This document shows positions 55,040-64,000 of a stretch of 64,000 nt of DNA, in pieces (position 1 is the stretch's first letter; each line of letters opens with the position of its first letter). Position numbers and translations under genes: made by a program. Source of the stretch: the human T2T-CHM13v2.0 reference genome, Homo sapiens. Below the pieces are notes generated by a model that worked only from the letters and a program-made list of their open reading frames with translations, ran no database searches and was not told the origin of the DNA. The DNA lies in NCBI RefSeq assembly GCF_009914755.1, contig NC_060933.1, one strand, 5' to 3'.

Positions 55040-55240
55040 AGGCTCAACTCTCGTTTTCAAAGCTTATACATTTTACCTAGGGCAAGTTACACATGTTACA
55101 TCTCTGAGTTTGATTTCTGCGCAGGTAAAAAGGAGATGATAATAATAATAGCTAGCTCACTGAGTGGCTGCAGAGATTAAATAAGATAACATAAAAGGAA
55201 AAGCACTTTACAAAAAATGTACAGATGACAGTTGTTATTA
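55040..55240 (+). mobile_element. MIR
   Basis: acctagggcaagttac...tctctgagtttgatttc...gtaaaaaggagatgataataatagct...gagattaaataagataac. Confidence 0.72.
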
Positions 55241-57359
55241 CTAATGAATGTTAATGAATAGTTCATTAGGCAAAAGGCTAGAACAGGATAAACAATCTCA
55301 AAGGAGGTGTTTGTGACACCAGAAGCAAAGCTTTGGGCATGAGATTGGCAATTTGGCATGTAGCATCTGTGCTGAATGCTACCCCTGCCCTTCAATTTGA
55401 CCAGTATTTCAACTGTAAACCATGATGGAGTTTTCTGTTGGCAGCAATACTACTCCTGCTCCTGCAGCTGGAATGGAAAGAAGTCAATTTCCGTTACGTT
55501 CATTATTGGCATGAAGAGCTCACCCTGTGATTCCTTCTTATTCATTTTGCCAAAATGACACCAGAACTCAGTGTGGGCCACCAAACCATTAAAGGCATTT
55601 CATAATTTCCAGAGACTCTTTGGGCCTGCTTGGTGCTAGAGTGGTAAATTTATTCTATTTCTTAAGTATTAAATCATATGATTGGCCAAAGTAGCTTGAG
55701 AGATTCCCAGTCATACTGCTTTTCCATGAGTCTCCTGTGGCTAGTCCAGTCTCCCCACAGAGCTTCTCAGAGCTTGAGAGAGGCTGGGCTATTTCTACTT
55801 TTTTAGTATACGGTGACATAATGTTAATGTATGAACAATAAAACAAATGAAAAAATGTAAAACAGAACTACACAAAGTTGGAGTGTATTTTTAAAGTTCA
55901 CATTTAATAAATTAATCTTTTTACCACAAGATAATATGGTGCTATACAATTGCTATTCATTGGATAATTCTGGGACTCATTTTTAACCCTTCCCAGTAAT
56001 TGGTTTTAGAAAATTTATATAACGTTTTCAAGACAATGACATGGGAGAGGAAGTCAGCTGAGAGTTTATCAGACTTTTTAAAAGAAACATAAGAAAGGGA
56101 CATTTCTCTCTTCTGCCTTTGAATGGTGTCTTCAACATTTAGCCACTATGAAGTGTTTAAGGAATCCAACCTAAGGAAAAAAAAAAAAGGCATACATCCC
56201 GGAGGATGGCAGAGAGGAAAGACAAAAGGACATTTGTCCTTGATGATGTTACTGAATTGCTGAATTATGCAACTTAGACACTTTCTGCTGAACTCAGCCC
56301 CATTCCAGTCTCTCTCTGCTCTTCCCATTATTGGGGTAGGCTGGGGTGCAGTCTCCACTATTACACTGTAATCTTCCTGAGGACTTAGACTCTGTATTTA
56401 TTCATATTTATTATTCACCATTCCTTGCACAGTGACCTGCCCAGAGCAGGGGCAATTTATTCATGGATATTTTGAAACCAAACCAGAGGCATGATGCACA
56501 CTTTCCTTTCTCCACTATTTGGAAGGACTTGAGGTTTCCTTTCACATTTTCAGATTCACCAGTAGTGAAAACAAATTAGCAACTCCAATCCTGCCTAAGC
56601 CCATGTAAAGTAGATGTCAGTGAAGTCTTTTATCTGTACGTTGTTGTGCTTTTTTTTTGGACGTAAGCAATGGCAATGGCGATTTTTGAGGCAAAACTGA
56701 AAATCTATGTATAAAATTCTGAATTGCTGAACCAGGCTTAACACAATTGATGGCTCTTTAAACAATCCAGCTTTCCCTTTAATGGGTCTTCATCAGGCAT
56801 TCTCCATGCTTTCCAAGTGTTCCAAATGAATGCAGTAAAACCAAACTAGCGTAGTGGCCAATTTCTTTTTGGACAGTTTCTCCATCTCCACTCTCCCCAC
56901 ACTCGCCAAATCCCACCATGCAGCCTGCTGTGGTAGAAACCTGCTTACCAGGGAGGTGTGGGTGATGGGTTTTAAACAGTTCTAAGTCAGCAGAGGGGAA
57001 GTGTTAATGCTTCAGAAAATCAGCCATCTGGCCTTGGAATGAGAATGCCAGGAAGATTCGGAAGGGAAATCAAGAAAGAAGAGAAGAAAGGCCCTGCTGG
57101 GGCTCTGGGGAGAAGGGCACAGGCTGAGGGAGAAGGGATTCTAATGTAATTCCAGATCTGAGATGAAGGGGAGGCAGGCACTGCTGAGTAGAAAGGCTGG
57201 GGGTGGGAGGAACACTCTCAGAGCCGGCTTTATGCTAAGCTGCTTAAGGAGGATGTTAGTGAGGATTTGGACTCTGGGAAGGAACCTCTGCAGGGCAGCT
57301 TGAGCTTTACAAGTGCCTTCCGTTGCTACCTGAGAACTGGAGGGATTCAAATAAAAGTC

Positions 57360-57900
57360 TAAATGAAATGTTTGTATTTTTCAACTTAATTGTGAAATGA
57401 ATGCTTGTTAGAGAAAATGCGAGAAATGCAGAAAATTAGAAAGATGCAAACACTAGTCTCACCATGTAACCCTCCTTCATCCTACCTCCTAAACATGGCC
57501 ACTACCAACGATAAGGTGCATGTCTTCTATTGCTTTTCTATGCCAGGGTTTGCATTACAAAATGGTGATGATGCTATTTGTATATTGCAATTTTGTGGCT
57601 TTAACCTAATGCTATTTTGTAAGCATTTCCTCCATTATTTCTGTGATTTGTATTACTAAAATTATGAATAATACATCAAATATATACAATTCCTAACACA
57701 TCTATTTACCTATAGTTTTGCTGTTTCCAATGTTTCACTATTATAAATAATGGTACTATGAACATCTAAATGTAAAGCTTTTTGGGTGTTTCAGATTAGG
57801 ACAGATTCATACTAGTAGACTGATGGAGTAAATACACATGCATACTTTAGTCTATTGACACATTAAATAGATATTTAATCCTGAAAAAGTTCTACATACC
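57360..57900 (-). mobile_element. Old L1ME-like 3' relic
   Basis: gctgtttccaatgtttcactattataaataatggtactatgaacatc; heavily diverged. Confidence 0.55.
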
Positions 57901-58877
57901 ATTAGAAATAAAATACTTTGTTCATTTTCATTCAAGAATACATCACCCCTCTTCCATCCTTTTCTTCCTGGCATAGTGTAGAATAACATCACTTAGGTTT
58001 ACAAAGTTCTAGGTATCTTTGCCCCTGAAAAGTGAAATAGGGATATAGCTTGTAGTCTGTATCACTTGAGTATGTGCCTAAAACCACTAGGTTTGTATAG
58101 TGAAAAATGACATTTCTGCCCCCGGCAGCAACAAATTATTCAATAGAAATGCAGTTCATTGTTGGGGGACTGAAGGGTTGATGTCAAATGCACGACAGGA
58201 AAGCATGTAATAGGTCAACAATAACACCAGTGCTACACCTGCAGTTAGCAGCCACTAGGTGAACAGAATGCTTTGCAGGTACCTGTAAATAAGCATTATA
58301 TAGATAACAGAGAAGCAGAATAAATAGATCATATCAATGCATTATAACTTTCAAAAGTTTCTTAACCACCTAAAGATTTCTTTTTGCTTCTAAGTATAAC
58401 AGTAATTTCACAAGTCAAACCACAATAAGCAACATTTTTTAAAACAAATGTAAACAGACTTCTACCTTTTACTAAATCTCAATTCCTTCACATCACTTCC
58501 CACTAGTAAGTAGTTTAATCATATCCTTCAACATCAATAGCCTGTAATGATTTGGCTTATATGTTATTAAAAAACATGAAAATTTCCTTTTTTCTCTCTT
58601 CCATTTTTGTAACTTTTAAATTCTGAGGTTCTAGCTCCTTTGTAGTGTGTTATAGAGCTGCTGAGTTTTCATATCAACAAGGCTTAATCTCTCCTTTTAC
58701 ATACAGGGGGATATGGCCTAGCTAAGGGAAGGAACTTAATGAATCCAGGATTAGAAATTAAAAATTTACCTTTGATTTCCCAACCCACTCTCTTCTGCTT
58801 CCCTATCCATAAAGAAACATGTTACTGATATCAACTACGTTTCTTTCTCCTTACACCATTTTTTGCCTGTTGAATGC

Positions 58878-59241
58878 TGTTATGGTTTGGCTGTGTCCTC
58901 ACCCAAATCTCATCTCAAATTGTAGCTCCCATAATTCCCATGTGTTGTGGAAGGGACCTGGTGGAAGATAATTGAATCACGAGGGTGGCTTCCCCCATAC
59001 TATTCTTGTGACAGTAAATAAGTTTCACAAGATCTGATGGTTTTATAAGGAAAGACCCCTTTCACTTGGCTCTCATTCTCTCTCGTGCCTGCTGCCATGT
59101 CAGATGTGTCTTTCGCCCTCCGCCATGTTCGTGAGGCCTCCCCAGCCACGTGGAACTGTGAGTCCATTAAACCTCTTCTTCTTTGTAATTTACCCAGTCT
59201 CAGGTATGATTTTATCAGCAGTGTGAAAATGGACTAATATA
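58878..59241 (+). mobile_element. THE1B/THE1C MaLR solo LTR
   Basis: tgttatggtttggctgtgtcctcacccaaatctcatc...gtgagtccattaaacctc...gtgtgaaaatggactaatata. Flanks aatgc/aacac fit an AACGC TSD decayed at its CpG. Confidence 0.93.
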
Positions 59242-61439
59242 AACACTTATGAAAAAAATCATCATATTTTTCATTTTATTTTTCATAAATCATCATATTT
59301 TTTTCATAAGGAAATTACTAATCCCAGAAAGACTACCCCAAATAACTCATGTTCCTGACATTTGTAATGAAATAGTTCTAATTTATTACCACTGATAAAA
59401 TATATAGGCAGAAAAGGATCACTGTAAGTCTATTAATCTTAAATTGAATGTAGCTCTAAATCGTTGGTCGCAAGTCTTACGGAGACCAGCATTATACGTA
59501 TGTAAGAAACCAAAATTTGCTTGATATAAAACAATCATTTTAATCAATAAATACATTAATGATGAGATATTTTCAACCACTACAAAAATTGTAGAATAGG
59601 CCAATTCTTTCTTTAACAATAAAATAATTTTAGTTTCTGCATTGCATTTCTCTGAACAATTTCATGTGAAGAGGAGAATATCTTTGCAAAGTCTCTTATT
59701 AACCCAGTTTTAACAAGAAGTACAAAATAGAAGGCAATCAGCCTTTGTACATAGCATTATGATGATGGTAATCGAAACCATGCAATCACATGGATATTTT
59801 GCTCTCTATAACTAGCTCTGAATAATCAGTGATTTTCAATGCAAGAAAAGGGGCTATTCCAAATTGCAACACTAGCAAAGCATTGTGATGTTTACATTTA
59901 ACCCAGATGTATTTTCTCTTGATGGTATTTATAAAGAACAAAATTCAATGGGAGAGAAGAGAACTAACAGTTGTTTTTAATATTTCAGATTAGTCGAGTA
60001 CATGATTCAGAATTGTAAAAACACAGCAATACTTGCATGGTTTTACCAAATTACTTTTTAAAGTGCTACCTTAAGAATAAGATAACCCTCAGACATTGAC
60101 TTAATTCTTTCATGTTCTCCAATATGGCTGGAAATGTTGATTCCACACACAGAATGGAAGTAGCACAAGATTTTCAATCCTTTTCAATGTAAGGTGATAT
60201 AGTCTGGCCTCAGTGCAGCATTTCAGGAGTACAACATACTGATGGTATTCACATTTCTTTATAACACAATTTACATGATAATTCCCTCCCTTATTAAGCA
60301 TTGTTCACTTAAGGGACCAGAGAACAAACCTTGGGGGTCTAAGAGAACGAACATTTGACATGGATGGAGAGAACAGTAGTTTTATGAAGAAAGGTTTGAT
60401 AATATTCACCAAATTCTCAAAGTCATATAAAAATTTGAACTGTCCAACTTTGCTAGACTTTGCTAAGGTTTTTCTTCAGGCAAATTTCTTCTAGCTCTCT
60501 GAGTTCCACATCCAAGACTTTGGAAGTTGTGTCTCCTACCTGGGCTATTTCAAAGTCCCGTGATATATCAAAACAGGTAATAATGTTATTCCTAAAGACT
60601 ATCAACTTTCTAAAGATTAAAGAAATCTTTAGTCTTTTTTACTAGAAAATTACTGAATGATCCCAGATTACATAAAGTCCATTTCTAAAATTCCCACTAC
60701 CACCATCAAATTTTTTGAACGCCGTTAGCTTTTGAAAAGAGGGAAAACATAGTCCATTAATATGAGAAGACGTGCTTTAGAGGGTTTCAAATGGAATATG
60801 GAGAAGAAAGTGATAGAAACTTGGAAACTCTGAGTGATCTCAATTAAATAAGCCACAAGAAGAACAGCAATAAGAAAAGCTTCTGAAAATATATAAAGAA
60901 AAATAATTGAAAAGAAGATCAAGAAATGTTCTCCCTTTTTGTGCATTAGATATCTATCTATTCACCAGCGTAATAAAAAAGGGACCTAGAAATTGTGAAG
61001 CAGAAAACTGTTCTGGAGAATTCTCAACCCAAACAGGAGATACAGATATCCAAGGAGCCAGCAAAACAGAAGATCATACAGGGACGTTGAAGTTCAAATC
61101 AACAACAGAGGGATGGAGAATATTACTACTTGTAGGGCCAGAAAGAGGGATGTAGAGGTGGAACAAGAAACCTGGGGCCAGAAAGATGACAATGAGATCA
61201 AGTTCAAGCAGAGATTCTAAAGGATCAAGCAGATCCTAAAGACATCTAGAAGTTCTGAGATTTTTTTTTAAATCTATTTTATTTTATTTAACTTGGTGTT
61301 TCATAAACATATTTAAGAAGAAGATTTAAATGCATTTTTAAAGTAATGCTAGTTAATATTCCATAAAACTAGCATTTTGTAGAATACACTTGGAGGAATT
61401 AGCATCTTTGACTTATGATCTAGCTGAAGCAATTTAATG

Positions 61440-61680
61440 ATTAAGAAAGCAAGCTGTGGAATCAGAATGCCTGAATACGAGCCTGTTTTCCCACTTTATT
61501 TTGATATGATCTTGATCTTCTATACTTCAGTTTTCTCTTTTATAAAACAAGGCTTATGACAGCATTTATCTCATAATGACCCTTTAAGTATTAAATGACA
61601 TAAAACCTATAAAGCACATAGCAGGTAAATGTGGTAAACTCTTGATAAATGTTATTGTTATCATCATCATCATCACTATT
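61440..61680 (+). mobile_element. MIR
   Basis: ttaagaaagcaagctgtggaatcagaatgcctg...cttcagttttctc...ttaaatgacataa...taaatgttattgtt. Confidence 0.7.
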
Positions 61681-61724
61681 AGTGAACCCACTCAGCTTAA
61701 AGAACTAGGGGAAGAGTAGAATAT

Positions 61725-62005
61725 TGGTCAGGATAGGCCACAATTTTCCTATGGTAACAACTTCCCAATTTTAGTGGTTTAGGCGTGCATGCTGCAGCAG
61801 AGAAAGTCTTCTCATCTTAGTTGCTCAGGGGCCCAGGCTGATGGAGCCCCATTTTTTTTCATGTGCTCCCATAATTGCTGAGCCAGAAAAAGAGGACACA
61901 GAGAATTACACTTGATACTTAAAGTTTCTAACCAAAAGTGACATAAATTCCTTCTGTTCACATTTCATTGGTCAAAGCAAGTCACATTTTTATATTTAAC
62001 TTCAA
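61725..62005 (-). mobile_element. Old MLT1 (K/L-like) LTR relic
   Basis: gtcaggataggc...ctcaggggcccaggctgatggagc...ttctgttcacatttcattggtcaaagcaagtcacat. Confidence 0.6.
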
Positions 62006-62852
62006 TTATATCCAGACACATTACCCCTCTTTGCCTTCTTTGTAGTTATTAACAACTTAGTGCCTTAATGGCTCTTCCCTTGGCTGCTCACCATGTTTAT
62101 ATCATATATCACTTTTGACCAGCTTTTCTGAAATGGTAAGCTTTGATGAATACTGTCCCTCTGACTCTAAAATTAAGACCATATAATCTTTAAAGGCTTT
62201 CCAGCCCTAAAATAGTGCAATTCTAAATCTTTTCCATTGTGTGTTTTAGGCCATTAGGTAGCCGCTTGTTTATCTACAGAATGACCACTGGGGTCCACTC
62301 TTATTTTTGAATAGTGATGAGTAAGGAAGAAAGAATATTGAAAAAACAATCCTGGAGTATAAAGGTAAAGAGTTTTAAAAATCAAAACATAAAATGTTTT
62401 CTTATTGGAACAAACAACTAGGCCAGAACGACATGAATAATGCAAAAAATAAGTTTCTTGTCCCCCATCAAATAGATAAAATCATGGATTTAGAGTACTT
62501 TTTATCTTTCCACAGTATATAGCAATCTTTCTAGAAGAGTGATCCACACTGGGATGCTTGCTGAAAATGCCGATTTCTAGTCTGTACATCAGATCTGCTG
62601 AACTGGTTTCTGTGCAGAGTTAGTAAAGTGTCTGGAGCATATTAGGTGCTCAATAAATAGCAGCTATTTCTATTATTAACAGGTAGAATGATCAAACTAT
62701 TTTGTATTTCTTTAATAAAAAAAAGAAGAATGCAAAGGAAACAAAGGCAAGATTTCCCTTAGTTGCCAAAGGCAATATCAAGGCCACTTTAGCAGAAACC
62801 CAGGTGTAAAGGCTCAGATGAGAATGATGATGATAGTAATGAAGAACAAAAG

Positions 62853-63158
62853 GGCTGGGCATGGTGGCTCACCCCTGTAATCCCAGCACTTTGGGAGGCT
62901 GAGGTGGGTAGATCACTTGAGGTCAGGAATTCAAGACCAGCCTGGCCAACATGTTGAAACCTCGACTCTACTAAAAAGGCAAAAATTAGCCAGACCTGGT
63001 GGTGGGTGCCTGTAATCCCAGCTACTTGGGAGGCCTGAGGTGGGAGAATTGCTTGAACTTGGGAGGTGGAGGCTCCAGTGAGCAGAGACTGTGCCACTGC
63101 ATTCCAGCCTGGGCAACAGAGTGAGACTCTATCTAAAAACAAAACAAAAACAGAAACA
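62853..63158 (+). mobile_element. AluSx/Sz
   Basis: Full dimer with an (AAAAC)n tail. Confidence 0.92.
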
Positions 63159-63291
63159 GGTAGGTTGAGGCAGGAGAATGGCGTGAACTCAGGAGGCGGA
63201 GCTTGCAGTGAGCTGAGATCATGCCACAGCACTCCAGCCTGGGCGACAGAGCAAGACTCCGTCTCCAAAAAAAAAAAAAAAAAAAAAAAAA
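63159..63291 (+). mobile_element. 5'-truncated AluY right arm
   Basis: gagaatggcgtgaac...ggcggagcttgcagtg...gactccgtctc plus a long pure A tail, directly after the AluS tail. Confidence 0.9.
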
Positions 63292-64000
63292 GAACAACAA
63301 CAACAAAAAGAAGGGCTTTGGTAATTTAAGTCAAAAGAAGGAAGAGCAAAGGAGTAATCCAAAGACAACCCCAAGTTCCCAGCCTGTATCAGCGATAAGC
63401 AGGAGGTAACTAAATTTTCAAAAGAATAGTGAAGGCAACAAATGTGAAAAAAAAAACTTCAAAGAATTAGCAGAGCCACGTGGCTGACCTAGAGCATTTG
63501 GGCCAGCTTTAGGAAAGGGATATATGGGACCCGTGTTTCATAGAAAAAACGGATGGTAATTTGTGACAGACATGATATGGGAAGGGGTGACAGAGAGTGA
63601 GGGTAAGCTAAAGGTAACTTTGAGATTTCAAGGCAGCGTGTGTGACAAAGATGGATGGTGTTTAATGTGCAGCCAAAAAAAAAAAAAAAAAAAAAAAAGC
63701 AAGAGTTGGCTAAGCTTTGTTTTTCTGGTGGTAGAAATGTGGCTTCGAATCCACTGTAAACTCTGGTATCTCTGGTTTATTCTGTTCTAAAAGGGCAACA
63801 CAGTTTATTAGTTAAAGCCAAAGGTTTGGTATTGCACAGAAGTCTGGACACACCGCCTAGCTCAAAGTTCCGTGACGCTTCTTTTTCATCCTTCTCTGCC
63901 TCTTTGACTTAATATGCACCTCCACTCCATGATTCACTTGGGTTTTGCAACAAATCCCTCCTGACAAGCCCACAAATCCTCCCAGACTTAGTGCAAAGTC

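Noticed and set aside
59250-59310. Short duplication aaatcatcatattttt next to THE1
   Set aside because: Ordinary slippage in AT-rich DNA.
59430-59560. Small CpG-retaining patch, possibly a DNA-transposon end or NUMT
   Set aside because: I could not match it to mtDNA or any TIR I recognise.

Overview
This is AT-rich, CpG-depleted primate genomic DNA (human or great-ape-like, given AluY/S/J, L1PA and THE1). It reads as intergenic or deep-intronic. I found no host protein-coding exon; the ORF-track hits are decayed L1 ORF1/ORF2 pieces, Alu or LTR translations, microsatellite artefacts or chance ORFs. The main elements are a full-length decayed L1PA15/16-type LINE (+, ~12170-19305), a 5'-truncated L1PA7-type 3' end, a TSD-flanked L1PA3/4 (-, 21574-27176), old L1M pieces, about 11 Alu or Alu-derived inserts, MaLR/ERVL solo LTRs, hAT and mariner MITEs, L2/MIR relics and microsatellites. 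I cannot support a new multi-gene system; the best signals are retrotransposition oddities. (1) The L1PA3/4 was copied from a spliced RNA (exact SpIRE97/622-type junction). (2) An old L1MB appears scrambled (A-C-X-polyA-B) around a 1.65-kb block ending in AATAAA + A18. (3) A tailless tRNA-Val 5'-half retrocopy had its TSD re-used by an Alu. (4) There is a tailless, TSD-flanked Alu-left fragment. (5) An AluJ and the L1PA16 may share one TSD. Subfamily names come from recalled consensus sequences and need RepeatMasker/Dfam confirmation.
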